DNA from: a virus
Taxonomy: Duplodnaviria; Caudoviricetes
Strand: one strand, 5' to 3'
IMG/VR virus record: IMGVR_UViG_3300048029_000244
Span: 1 to 61,607 of that record
DNA: 61,607 bases
Shown: positions 8,559-17,843 of the stretch, in pieces
Layout of the letters: each line of letters opens with the position of its first letter
Numbering within the stretch: position 1 is the stretch's first letter
The notes under the pieces: generated by a model
Told to the model about the DNA's origin: nothing
Seen by the model: the letters and a program-made list of their open reading frames with translations, nothing else
The model's database searches: none
Program-made: the position numbers and the translations under genes

Positions 8559-8923
8559 TATAATACTTTTATAATTACACCTGGGTTAGCTTTATCGTAT
8601 GTGTATGGCTCAAATGATGGTATTATGTTTTCACAGTTATCATCCTCTAACCAACCATACTTAACCATTAGGTCTTGAACAGTTTGACACGGGTTTATGT
8701 AATCAAACTTATGTTTAGATCCCCTAACAAATGTAAATGATATTTTATAGGGGGCTGTCTTACCCTTCAACAAAGACTTAAACCTCTCCTTGTTCGATAA
8801 GTAATCAGCTTTTGTAGACTTGATGTATTTCATCACAGTCTTAGAGTGGATGAGCATTTTGCCCGTCCATCTCTTACCGTTTTTGCTAGAGGGTACATTA
8901 CCCCCTATAAATATCTGGTTCAT
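8558..8923 (-). CDS. RusA-like Holliday junction resolvase
   Basis: VPSSKN, FDYIN and DLMV..GWLEDDN acidic triad pattern. Confidence 0.7.
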   Translation of the reverse strand: MNQIFIGGNVPSSKNGKRWTGKMLIHSKTVMKYIKSTKADYLSNKERFKSLLKGKTAPYKISFTFVRGSKHKFDYINPCQTVQDLMVKYGWLEDDNCENIIPSFEPYTYDKANPGVIIKVL

Positions 8924-8933
8924 AATTTAAAAT

Positions 8934-9527
8934 TTAGAATGGTAAGTCTGCATCTTCATGAGACTGAGAAACCACTTGTGGCTCTACATCCATTTGATTT
9001 AATGAAGACAATAAATTCATGTCATCTTGCGATAATGTTTTATTGTACTTAGAATCATAGGTTAACTTTTTACCCATAGCAGAAGACCACAGATATTTAA
9101 CTGCTGTTTTCTTTTCTGGTTGTTTAGTATCTCTATTCTTACCAATGTATTCTTCAGAAACAAAAGCACATTGTACTCTTTTGTTAATAGCTGCCTTACA
9201 AGCTATGGCGTCTGTAGTAAATTCTTTTACTCCACAGTTCATAAGAAAGTCTTTTAACTGTTTCTTTTTCCAGTCTTTAGACTTAGAGCTGTCAGTTTGT
9301 TTGACTACCCAAAATCTTGCACTAGCCTGTTTACCACACTCTGTTAGCATATAGAACTCTATGAATGGTGAACCACCATATCCTTCTATTTCTGTAGAGT
9401 TTTTAACACCTGTAACAGTACAGACGTACCCGCCTGGTGTTACTCTGCCTGGGTACTTACCATCTTTCTTAAAGTTAGTGTTCCCTCCTTTAAATTCTGC
9501 TAAATTAAAAGCTTCCATTTGAATCAT
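8934..9527 (-). CDS. Single-stranded DNA-binding protein-like (DUF669-type)
   Basis: PGGYVCTV beta motif, acidic C-terminal DADLPF tail, follows the annealase. Confidence 0.65.
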   Translation of the reverse strand: MIQMEAFNLAEFKGGNTNFKKDGKYPGRVTPGGYVCTVTGVKNSTEIEGYGGSPFIEFYMLTECGKQASARFWVVKQTDSSKSKDWKKKQLKDFLMNCGVKEFTTDAIACKAAINKRVQCAFVSEEYIGKNRDTKQPEKKTAVKYLWSSAMGKKLTYDSKYNKTLSQDDMNLLSSLNQMDVEPQVVSQSHEDADLPF

Positions 9528-9552
9528 AATTTTAGTTTTAAATATTAAATAA

Positions 9553-10107
9553 TTACTTTTTCCAGTTAAATCTTACTTTACCATTTTGGTCTTTGGCAGC
9601 TAACTGGATTAAACTGCCTTTATCATCGCGTTTTGCGCCCCAAGTCCACTCTTTAAGTTTTAATCCCCAAGTAGCTTTAGCACGACCTCCTACCTCTTGG
9701 TATTCGCCTTGCTCTAGTTTAACTTGTATTAGAGGAAAGTCGTATAACTCACGACCTATACCCCAATTAAAGCATGCACGCTTAAATGCGTCTGAAGCTT
9801 GACCTTTCTCAGCCTCAGTGTTAGACTCTGTACCCACGTCTTGTTTGCTAACCCACTGATTGATAGTCGGGTTGTATACAGACACAGTACAGTAAAGTCT
9901 ACCGTCTTTTACCTCGTAGCTTTTGCTCCAGTTCTCTGGGCCTACAACTGCGTCTAAGACATTCATATCGTATCTTGCGTCTTTGTAGGCTAAGATTGTA
10001 GCATAGCCACCTTTGTTAATTGATTGTACTCTGAAGTCTATCTGCTCCATTTCCACTGGTTGATTTAATTTTTTAAAATCCATAGTTTTACTTTTTTCTT
10101 GTTTCAT
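9553..10107 (-). CDS. Rad52/Sak-like single-strand annealing protein
   Basis: LAYKDAR...LDAVVGPENW...KGQASDAFKRACFNWGIGRELY. Confidence 0.9.
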   Translation of the reverse strand: MKQEKSKTMDFKKLNQPVEMEQIDFRVQSINKGGYATILAYKDARYDMNVLDAVVGPENWSKSYEVKDGRLYCTVSVYNPTINQWVSKQDVGTESNTEAEKGQASDAFKRACFNWGIGRELYDFPLIQVKLEQGEYQEVGGRAKATWGLKLKEWTWGAKRDDKGSLIQLAAKDQNGKVRFNWKK

Positions 10108-10312
10108 ATCGTTTTATATCTCTGTTAAGCTTTTTAAGTGTTGCTACTGCCAAAACTATCTTAATGAATCTTCTTATAAGTATTGGCGATTTACTTGTAA
10201 TAAGTATAAATCCTATTTCTTTGAAGACTCTATGTAAGATTGATTTGATTGTAGCTTTACTGAAGCCAGTACGTTCAGATACTCTACTTATGATACGTTC
10301 ATAATTAGACAT
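10088..10312 (-). CDS. HU/IHF-like DNA-binding protein (armless)
   Basis: IISRVSERTGFSKATIKSILHRVF resembles the HU N-terminal helices. Confidence 0.6.
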   Translation of the reverse strand: MSNYERIISRVSERTGFSKATIKSILHRVFKEIGFILITSKSPILIRRFIKIVLAVATLKKLNRDIKRYETRKK

Positions 10313-10331
10313 AAATTCTCTTTTTGCTACG

Positions 10332-10339
10332 CTAAAGTA
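10332..10339 (-). promoter_or_regulatory. Possible variant host promoter TACTTTAG upstream of the recombination operon
   Basis: One mismatch to TAnnTTTG, AT-rich upstream, 19 nt before ATG 10312. Confidence 0.35.
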
Positions 10340-10350
10340 ATATTTATTTT

Positions 10351-10500
10351 TTACTTTTTACGCATATTTTTAATTTTTATTAACAAAAATCCTAACCCAG
10401 TTATAGCTATAAATGGTATAAGTTTTATTGATAATATTGCTGTAAAAATTAAGGCTAGCATTCCAATAAATGCCCACCCTACAATATCTACTTCGTTCAT
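10351..10500 (-). CDS. 49-aa membrane peptide, not in the ORF track
   Basis: MNEVDIVGWAFIGMLALIFTAILSIKLIPFIAITGLGFLL...; ATGA overlap with dnaB. Confidence 0.6.
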   Translation of the reverse strand: MNEVDIVGWAFIGMLALIFTAILSIKLIPFIAITGLGFLLIKIKNMRKK

Positions 10501-11780
10501 ATTCTTGACATAAATTTAGTTCGACTTGCGTCAAAGTTCATATTAATTTCTCCTACACCTATATTACGACCTTTAGCAAATATAATCTGCGCTAGGCCAG
10601 CAGAATCAGTGCCGTCTTCGAGTGAGGGGATGTTGTAGTATTCAGGTCTATATAGTAGACAGACTATATCCGCTGCTTGCTCGATTTCACCTGACTCTCT
10701 AAGGTCAGACATAGTAGGTTTAGGATTGCCTCTAAATGATACACCTCTGTTTAGCTGTGATAAAGCTATAACAGATATGTTAAGTTCTTTTGCAAGGTTT
10801 TTAAGCGTCCTTGCAACCATTGAGACTTCTTGTTCTCGCGTACCGTTTTTCTTTCCTTCAACGGAGACGAGTTGGAGGTAGTCGATAAGTACAACCTCAA
10901 CATTGTCATTAATAGCATATTTTCTAATTTTAGATGTTAAATAGTTTAGTGATGTTCTTTTACAATCGTCTATCCTAAGAGGTAAGCTTTCTATTACGCC
11001 TATAGCTTTGTTAACTAATGCTAACTGCTCTTTATCTATTGCGCCTTGATTAAGCTCTCTTAGAGATACACCAGACTCTACACTAATAAGTCTTTGTAGT
11101 AACTGTGGGGCAGACATTTCGTAACTAAATATAGCTACAGGATGTTTAGTCTTAACAGCATTGTATGCAACATTTAAAGCAAAACTTGTTTTACCCATAG
11201 AAGATGCTGCACCAATGATTGTCAAGTCTGTAGGCTGCCAACCATTTGTAAAGTTGTCTAGACACGAGTAACCAGTTGTTACACCAGTAATACCATCGGT
11301 AGCCATGCGGGTCGTTAAAGTCTGATAGTAATCACCAAGTTGAGACACGATTGTTTCGTTATCACTTGCGCTATCAGCTGATATAATGTTTATACCCTTT
11401 TTAAGTACCTCTGATATATTGTCTAGATGTTCTCTATTTTGCATTAAGTTATTTATCTCCAGCAAAACACTACCCATAGATTCATATTTACTATTGTAAA
11501 CCATATCATCTATGACTTGCTCTAACTGAAAGTTAGAATAACCATACTTTTCACAGTCAAATAACACGCCCAGAACTATTTTATCCATTCCTAATTGCTT
11601 ACCAAGTGTTACCAGGTCTATTGCTTTATCAGACTTGTAGACTTTTTTAATTGCATTCCATATCATATTATGATTTGGATCTTGCAATCTAATTTTGTTT
11701 AATCTATCTTCGTGTAAAGCATATGTTTCTGGACTTACTAGTATTCTGCCAATAAGAAACTTTTCTTGTTCTGTGTTCAT
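10497..11780 (-). CDS. dnaB: Replicative DNA helicase DnaB-like
   Basis: Walker A variant GAASSMGKT, FSYEMS, IDYLQL, LSQLNR, DLRESGEIEQ; ATG at 11780 preferred over TTG at 11804. Confidence 0.93.
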   Translation of the reverse strand: MNTEQEKFLIGRILVSPETYALHEDRLNKIRLQDPNHNMIWNAIKKVYKSDKAIDLVTLGKQLGMDKIVLGVLFDCEKYGYSNFQLEQVIDDMVYNSKYESMGSVLLEINNLMQNREHLDNISEVLKKGINIISADSASDNETIVSQLGDYYQTLTTRMATDGITGVTTGYSCLDNFTNGWQPTDLTIIGAASSMGKTSFALNVAYNAVKTKHPVAIFSYEMSAPQLLQRLISVESGVSLRELNQGAIDKEQLALVNKAIGVIESLPLRIDDCKRTSLNYLTSKIRKYAINDNVEVVLIDYLQLVSVEGKKNGTREQEVSMVARTLKNLAKELNISVIALSQLNRGVSFRGNPKPTMSDLRESGEIEQAADIVCLLYRPEYYNIPSLEDGTDSAGLAQIIFAKGRNIGVGEINMNFDASRTKFMSRI

Positions 11781-11787
11781 AGTTTTA

Positions 11788-12429
11788 TTAATTTGTATAT
11801 TCAACTTCAGTGTATGTATACGGCTCTATTTCTTCACATTTAGGACAGTAACTATGATGATCGTCTTCATCATACTCTTGATCTACATCACAGCATTCTG
11901 TTTTGTAAACAACACGACCATCTTTATTATATTCATGTCCATCAATGCAACCAAACATACCAGCATACCCGCCTTCTTCTTCCCATTCATTTTCAAAATC
12001 TAAATTAGAAAATTGTTCTATTAAATGGTTAATAAAGTTTACAGGCGGCCCCCAAGGGGTATCAAATTTAAGAATAAATTGTGAATCTGTAACTTCATGG
12101 ACTTCTACATCACTGCAATTCCATTTACATCCCCAATTTTCTAGAGACCAATCATACCAATTTGTATGACCATACTCTTCTGTCATTATATCTATCTCTG
12201 TTTGTGTCAACCCTCTTTTACTGCCGTCTGCATTTTCTACCCACTGCTCATACTTTACACCGTCTATAGTGCAAAAGCCAGTAGTAATTTCTCTAAAGAT
12301 TGCAGGCATAGGGACAAACCATTCAAAATCAAATGACTCTCTATCATTAGACTTAAACTTGTCATAAAACTTTTTCATTCCCTCTTTAGTTCCTCGAACC
12401 TCCAAGGTATTCCAGCACCAGTTTGGCAT
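11788..12429 (-). CDS. DUF1281/YubB ferredoxin-like domain protein with a C-terminal Cys motif
   Basis: MPNWCWN, NWYDW...NWGCKWN, FDTPWGPP, CC...CPKC. Confidence 0.75.
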   Translation of the reverse strand: MPNWCWNTLEVRGTKEGMKKFYDKFKSNDRESFDFEWFVPMPAIFREITTGFCTIDGVKYEQWVENADGSKRGLTQTEIDIMTEEYGHTNWYDWSLENWGCKWNCSDVEVHEVTDSQFILKFDTPWGPPVNFINHLIEQFSNLDFENEWEEEGGYAGMFGCIDGHEYNKDGRVVYKTECCDVDQEYDEDDHHSYCPKCEEIEPYTYTEVEYTN

Positions 12430-12430
12430 A

Positions 12431-12685
12431 TCAATCTTGTTCTTTTGCGTATTCTAAAACATTATTGTATAAGTCAGAATCAATATGGTCATAATATAAA
12501 TCAGTAATATCGACAGAAATTGTGTTACCATATGTGTCTTCACTGATGTATTGTACCTTAATAATTTCCAACTCTTCTTCAGGTGGTTGCTCCCACGTTC
12601 CAGTATCTTCATAATATCTAAAGTCTACGATTAATGTATAATTATCACTTTCTTCTACGTAATCACTTACTAATGTTTTCTTCAT
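12431..12685 (-). CDS. Acidic hypothetical protein
   Basis: 84-aa ORF, D/E-rich. Confidence 0.55.
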   Translation of the reverse strand: MKKTLVSDYVEESDNYTLIVDFRYYEDTGTWEQPPEEELEIIKVQYISEDTYGNTISVDITDLYYDHIDSDLYNNVLEYAKEQD

Positions 12686-12944
12686 CTTCGTCTTTTTTAT
12701 TTAATGTTTCTTTTAAGCCAATAAAAATATTATCAACTAACTTATGAGCTGTGTCTACAGCATTTAATGTCTTTTCTTTTAATGTAGTTTTAGGCTCTAT
12801 AAGTTTAGCCTCTTCGTAGTTTTTAAGAAAATCTATTGTTAGTTTATGCGCAAAATTCTCTTTTGCTTCATCTTTAAAGCATCCATGTCTAGCTAAATTA
12901 TCAACAATATTGATAGATAGCTCGATATTATTAAAACTTTTCAT
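12663..12944 (-). CDS. Hypothetical protein
   Basis: 93-aa ORF. Confidence 0.55.
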   Translation of the reverse strand: MKSFNNIELSINIVDNLARHGCFKDEAKENFAHKLTIDFLKNYEEAKLIEPKTTLKEKTLNAVDTAHKLVDNIFIGLKETLNKKDEDEENISK

Positions 12945-13007
12945 AATTTTGTACTGTTTTAGTTTTTTAATTATTTGAATAAATAGTTCGAATTTCAGTT
13001 GTTTTAT

Positions 13008-13035
13008 GAAGGGGCGTTCTGCCCCTTCTTTTTTT
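13008..13035 (+). terminator. GC-rich hairpin with a U-tract on the + strand
   Basis: GAAGGGGC-gttct-GCCCCTTC followed by T7. Confidence 0.7.
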
Positions 13036-13327
13036 AATACTCTGGTTTTAAATCAGTTAGTCTTTGTTCTCTTTCCAAGTCTTCAAGCTGTACATCTGTA
13101 GGTTCTGATTTCTTAAACACAACTTGTTTAAGCTTTTTTGTTTGCCTTACATGATTAGCCATAGTATTGACTACTTGAAATACATGATTACAAAGTTTCT
13201 TTTGTAAGTCTTCTATGTTATCACCTGGTTCAACTTCCCAGACTTCTCCATAGTTAATCTTTTGATTCTCAAAGTTACCTGTATTAATAGTAACTGATTG
13301 ATTTGATATAATCTCCTTTACTTTCAT
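13034..13327 (-). CDS. Conserved phage hypothetical protein
   Basis: TINTGNFEN motif typical of a small phage family. Confidence 0.6.
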   Translation of the reverse strand: MKVKEIISNQSVTINTGNFENQKINYGEVWEVEPGDNIEDLQKKLCNHVFQVVNTMANHVRQTKKLKQVVFKKSEPTDVQLEDLEREQRLTDLKPEY

Positions 13328-13328
13328 A

Positions 13329-13766
13329 TTACATTTTTTTTATTAATTCATGAAATTCTTCTGCAAACTTCTTTGCTTCCTGATAATCACCGTTGTCTAT
13401 AGCAGCTTTAACACCTTGTGACATTGCGTAACTAGCAGCAGTCATCATCATACTTTTAGATAGACTTTCTTGCACTGGTTCTAAATCTACTTTTTGTGAA
13501 AATTCAAAAGCGCCTAGTATCGAACCAAGCGCATAGACTTCCATCAAGCTTTGTGGCTCACAGTGATACAATAAGCCAGCCCAGATATGTGAACGCGTAT
13601 GCTGTTCACCTTCTTCAAAGTTTTTGATGTAATCTTTAAAACTCTGTTGTATATCATCAAGTCTACCATCAGGTATACCTAATGCTGCTGATATAGTTTC
13701 TTGTTTTGAATCTAAATTAAAATTAGATAATGTTTCGTTGTAATACTTTTTAAATTCTTTTTTCAT
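13329..13766 (-). CDS. Hypothetical protein
   Basis: 145-aa ORF in the operon. Confidence 0.6.
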   Translation of the reverse strand: MKKEFKKYYNETLSNFNLDSKQETISAALGIPDGRLDDIQQSFKDYIKNFEEGEQHTRSHIWAGLLYHCEPQSLMEVYALGSILGAFEFSQKVDLEPVQESLSKSMMMTAASYAMSQGVKAAIDNGDYQEAKKFAEEFHELIKKM

Positions 13767-13768
13767 AA

Positions 13769-14701
13769 TTAAACTGTTTCTAATATTTCTTTTTCTGTAA
13801 TTGATTTTAATAATTCGGTTAGAAAGGCTTTCTCTCTACCTTGTTTAGTCCACTTAACTTCTAGTAAGTGTTTAATGTTTAACAAATCTTTTACCTCCTG
13901 TGATGTTTCATTACCATAACCAAGGCCATTTGTAGCGTTGCCCTCCAGGTAATTAATCCATGTAGTAAAACCAAAAGCTCTGTATAAACCAGGTATACCT
14001 ATACAAGCTATTCTAGACACGTCTAGTTTTTCTTGTGCAGATTTTAATACGCAGGTAAAACCTTGCTCAGGACTTGAGCCTATTAATTTATTAGACATTA
14101 TTTTATGTGCTACACACATTCCCACAACTTCTACTGCTAAACCACAGCGCTGTAGCATGTCCACAGCAACTGTAGTTAAAGCACCTAGTTTGTTAAGCTG
14201 TTCTTCACTATGCCCGCAGGTCACAGAAAAGTTAACACCAAGTCTAATAACATTTTGTTTTTTACCACGAGTCATAGACTGCCAGTGTTCTGGATCACCA
14301 GATAACACCCTGTCTATGTCTAGTTCTGAACCTGATTCACCAAACTTTCTACGTCTTTTAAACGTATCAGCACGTCTCATCATGTCATCTATGCCGTCCA
14401 TATTCAACAAAACATTTCTATACTCTTCTATATGTTTTAGTGTATTTTGAGAACACTCACCGTTTCTAAGAGCTTCTGTTGTTGATTCTAGACCTTGGAA
14501 CTCAGTACCCCAAGTCCATTCGTCAAACTCACCTTTATCAAGATACTTGCGTTTAGTGGCATTATCTTTAGTAGACTCTACCATATGTGCAACAGAATCA
14601 TAGTGTAGTATTTCTACACCTTTATTCTTATTAAACATACCATAGTCGTATGTAATGCCGTCAGGTAATTTCTTTTTCTTTACAAAAGTTTCTTTTAACA
14701 T
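13769..14701 (-). CDS. vWA-like partner of the MoxR AAA+ ATPase (degenerate MIDAS)
   Basis: GSELDIDRVLSGDPEHW followed by the strand IRLGVNFSVT; adjacent to the AAA+ gene. Confidence 0.6.
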   Translation of the reverse strand: MLKETFVKKKKLPDGITYDYGMFNKNKGVEILHYDSVAHMVESTKDNATKRKYLDKGEFDEWTWGTEFQGLESTTEALRNGECSQNTLKHIEEYRNVLLNMDGIDDMMRRADTFKRRRKFGESGSELDIDRVLSGDPEHWQSMTRGKKQNVIRLGVNFSVTCGHSEEQLNKLGALTTVAVDMLQRCGLAVEVVGMCVAHKIMSNKLIGSSPEQGFTCVLKSAQEKLDVSRIACIGIPGLYRAFGFTTWINYLEGNATNGLGYGNETSQEVKDLLNIKHLLEVKWTKQGREKAFLTELLKSITEKEILETV

Positions 14702-15900
14702 GCTTCTGCTTTTAATAAATTATTTACTTTAACTTTTCTTTTCTCCTCATCAGACCAGTCTATAATTAAACTATTAATAAACTGCTTAACAGTTTTACCT
14801 GTGCTGTGCTGTCTTTGAGCAGAAATAAAAGCACGAGTAGATATAACTCTACGTATTTTATTCTTAGCCACCTCTTTTCTTAGACCTGACAATGCTTTAT
14901 ACATAGGTACATACGTGCATATATCTTTCTCTAGACTTTCATCATAGTCTACTACGACTTTAGATGCAGAGAATCTATCAAGAAATGCTGCGTCCATATA
15001 ATTTCTACCAGCATATTCTATAGAGCCGTTACCCCATGTGTTACCTGCAACCATACATACAAAGTCCTCATGTCTTTTAGCTGTAGGATTATCTTTTCTG
15101 TTTGGTACAGACATAGAGCCATTGGCTAATGCTGAGTTTACAACCAGCATGGTGTTAGCATCTGCTGCGTCTATCTCGTCAAACAAGAAGACACCACCAT
15201 TCTCATAGCAGTCTACAAAGTCAGACTTTACATACGTGCCGTCAAATAACATACGTCCCAGTAGATGAGCTTCTGATAGACCTGCACTACATGATATATG
15301 TTTAAACTTTAGGTTCATAGCTTTAGCTACTTGGTTACACATGTGTGTTTTACCAGAGCCAGATGGCCCTGCAATAAATACTTGACGTTCTATTTGTGCG
15401 TAATACAACACATCTTTAAATGCTTTATGTTGTTTACCTTCAATTTTTACGTCTACACGACCAGGAATGCGTACTAGAGTAGGCTTTAGCTTAGCCACCT
15501 CTTTCTCAACTTTAGCATTAATCTGCTTATTAATGAGTTCTTCACGCTGACCTTCAAGCATGCCTTGTACAGCGTTACTAATTACAGCACCCAGGTCAAG
15601 ACCTAAGTCAATTTTCATTTGGTTTCCTTCCATTTTATCTTTTTTAGGAGTTACTTTTTGTTCTTCTAATTCTTCTACCTCTTCAAACAAATCTTTAGGT
15701 TTTCTATGTTCGTCTATCATTTCTTGTACTATATTAAAGTCAGGATGATAATCAATAATAAAATCTATTAAAGTTTGTTTTGGAGTTCTATTAACTTGTC
15801 CATACATTTCTTCACAAGCACCTTGCACTTGTTTCGATGTTCTTGCAACTTTTCTTAAAAAGTCTACGTTTTCTTTATTTAATTCTAATTTTAAATCCAT
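14695..15900 (-). CDS. MoxR/CbbQ/CobS-type AAA+ ATPase
   Basis: GPSGSGKT, FLFDEIDAA, AGNT, MDAAFLDRF, STR. Confidence 0.9.
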   Translation of the reverse strand: MDLKLELNKENVDFLRKVARTSKQVQGACEEMYGQVNRTPKQTLIDFIIDYHPDFNIVQEMIDEHRKPKDLFEEVEELEEQKVTPKKDKMEGNQMKIDLGLDLGAVISNAVQGMLEGQREELINKQINAKVEKEVAKLKPTLVRIPGRVDVKIEGKQHKAFKDVLYYAQIERQVFIAGPSGSGKTHMCNQVAKAMNLKFKHISCSAGLSEAHLLGRMLFDGTYVKSDFVDCYENGGVFLFDEIDAADANTMLVVNSALANGSMSVPNRKDNPTAKRHEDFVCMVAGNTWGNGSIEYAGRNYMDAAFLDRFSASKVVVDYDESLEKDICTYVPMYKALSGLRKEVAKNKIRRVISTRAFISAQRQHSTGKTVKQFINSLIIDWSDEEKRKVKVNNLLKAEAC

Positions 15901-15928
15901 AATTATTTATTTTTTTTAACGTTATTTA

Positions 15929-16327
15929 TTAAAAGTCTGCTTTAGATGTTTTTAGAAGATATTCTTCTACATCAGATTCTTGCATTCCGTGTATGGGGTT
16001 ACCACACCATTTATCTAACTCTTCAAAATAAAATAAGTCTCCAGAAGGACTTATCATTTGTCCATCTGAATTAAATATTGCCATTTCATACTCATTGTAT
16101 TCTGAAAATGTAAATTGCCCATTTATAATAGATACATACCATCCGTTATCAAAGTCTACAATTGCTCTGTATTGAAAAGTAGCGTATGTTTTATGATACT
16201 TATAATCTTTTCTCCAAAGAATATCTTTAAACTTTAAAGTATTATTATTAGCATCACCAAGAGGCAATGTCTTATGATGATTGAGTATCTCAATTTGATC
16301 ATCTCTTAGGTTTAATGTATTTTCCAT
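15929..16327 (-). CDS. Hypothetical protein
   Basis: FDNGWYVSII...YEMAI motif seen in small phage proteins. Confidence 0.6.
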   Translation of the reverse strand: MENTLNLRDDQIEILNHHKTLPLGDANNNTLKFKDILWRKDYKYHKTYATFQYRAIVDFDNGWYVSIINGQFTFSEYNEYEMAIFNSDGQMISPSGDLFYFEELDKWCGNPIHGMQESDVEEYLLKTSKADF

Positions 16328-16328
16328 A

Positions 16329-16658
16329 TTAACTAAAAATGTTTTTAAATTGGTTAAACAAATCTTTTAACTGTGAGTTAGGCTCGTTGTCTTCAAAGCT
16401 TCTTACCTTCCAAAGACTTACAGTTCTGTTAGTGTCTTTGTCTTTGTAGTCACCTGCAAATGATATAATATCTTTCTCACGTAATTCTTTGACACGTCCT
16501 GTAACCCGATTGATGTCCCAGTCTAAAGACTTGGCTATCATTCTGTTTGTACATTTACCTAGTGTCATTATTGTGTGATACACTTGCGCTTGTCTTCTTG
16601 ACAATGTGCCTTCTTCTAATAATTTGTGGTAGCTGTCTACCGATTTTGGATTTACCAT
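16329..16658 (-). CDS. Winged-HTH transcriptional regulator
   Basis: LSRRQAQVY...TNRMIAKSL...INRVTGRVKELREK. Confidence 0.75.
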   Translation of the reverse strand: MVNPKSVDSYHKLLEEGTLSRRQAQVYHTIMTLGKCTNRMIAKSLDWDINRVTGRVKELREKDIISFAGDYKDKDTNRTVSLWKVRSFEDNEPNSQLKDLFNQFKNIFS

Positions 16659-16660
16659 AA

Positions 16661-16918
16661 CTATCTAATTTTATTAATTTTGTTTAATTCGTTTTCTAAG
16701 TTTCTAAGAGAATCTATATACTTTATTATGTCATCAGTAAGTATGCCAGGTTCTAAATGTTGTAGACTATCAACTAACAACACAGTAGAATTATCTATTA
16801 TGTTTGTTATTATGTCTATATAGTTTTGACATTCTTTTTGTGATAACATTTCTGCTTCTTTTAAAGCACCTTGTGCTTCTGTAAGTTGCTTTTGTAATAT
16901 TTCAATCGCTATATCCAT
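16661..16918 (-). CDS. Hypothetical helical protein
   Basis: 85-aa ORF. Confidence 0.55.
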   Translation of the reverse strand: MDIAIEILQKQLTEAQGALKEAEMLSQKECQNYIDIITNIIDNSTVLLVDSLQHLEPGILTDDIIKYIDSLRNLENELNKINKIR

Positions 16919-17157
16919 TACTTTGATTTTTTACCGTAAACATATTTGTTAATACTAGTGAATACAAATCCAGAGATTAGACCTACGAACAATGCACCTT
17001 GTGTGCCAGTTGTAGACGTAAGTAATATTATACCTGCTGTGTATAACAAGTCTATTAATAGTCTCATAGTTGGGTTGCGTAGCGCCCACTCTGCTTTTGT
17101 GTCCTTTAACATCCAGTACACGCCAAAGGCTGTACCTACTGCTGATAGTAATACCAT
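16918..17157 (-). CDS. Small multi-pass membrane protein
   Basis: Three hydrophobic segments. Confidence 0.6.
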   Translation of the reverse strand: MVLLSAVGTAFGVYWMLKDTKAEWALRNPTMRLLIDLLYTAGIILLTSTTGTQGALFVGLISGFVFTSINKYVYGKKSK

Positions 17158-17158
17158 A

Positions 17159-17335
17159 TTATTCTACTTTTTTATTGGTTAAACGTTCTTCTTCTTGAGA
17201 TTTTTTAAAGCGTTCTAAGTTTTCTTCCATACGCTTAAATCTCTGTTCTTGTCTTATAGCTCCTAATAGTATTATTAGAAACCATATTGATAGTATAAAT
17301 AAAAATGATACTATCATTAACTGTACTTCATTCAT
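17159..17335 (-). CDS. 58-aa membrane-anchored coiled-coil peptide, not in the ORF track
   Basis: MNEVQLMIVSFLFILSIWFLIILLGAIRQEQRFK... Confidence 0.6.
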   Translation of the reverse strand: MNEVQLMIVSFLFILSIWFLIILLGAIRQEQRFKRMEENLERFKKSQEEERLTNKKVE

Positions 17336-17345
17336 AAGTTAAAGT

Positions 17346-17561
17346 TTAAAATTGATTATCCCATCTGTAAGCATACTCATCTCGAACTAAAGACAGGAAC
17401 TTCCAGTCTTCTAATTGTTCTTGTTCAGTATACTCTCTGACAGTAACATCAATTGGTTTATAATTCATTATAGTCTTAGGCTCAAAGTCTTTAGATTTGA
17501 GAAATTTGTACGTCCAAGTACCTGGTACTTTAATGACGTAGTAACCGAAAATTGTTTTCAC
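17346..17561 (-). CDS. Hypothetical early protein
   Basis: 71-aa ORF with a GTG start. Confidence 0.5.
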   Translation of the reverse strand: MKTIFGYYVIKVPGTWTYKFLKSKDFEPKTIMNYKPIDVTVREYTEQEQLEDWKFLSLVRDEYAYRWDNQF

Positions 17562-17690
17562 TTTCTTTATTTAGATGATTAATAATTTGTTTTTATGCAA
17601 CTTTTGTTTTAAACGGGACTTGCATATGTCCTAAAAAACCCCGAACTTTGGTGGGTGAGTGGTCTACTATTACTTATTAGTATTAAACTT

Positions 17691-17820
17691 CTAAATAACA
17701 AATAGACAGTTATACCACTTACAGTTCAGGGTATTACAGTTCTAAATTACTGATAATCAAACAGTTATACTCTATTATCCACTAAATCATTACAAAATAG
17801 ACAGATTATATAGGGTATTA
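17691..17820. repeat. Imperfect direct-repeat array in the largest non-coding gap (candidate origin/regulatory array)
   Basis: CTAAAT x3 (17691, 17742, 17782), ACAG(A)TTATA x3, AAATAGACAG x2, AGGGTATTA x2. Confidence 0.55.
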
Positions 17821-17843
17821 GACTATATCTTACTCTTAAACGT

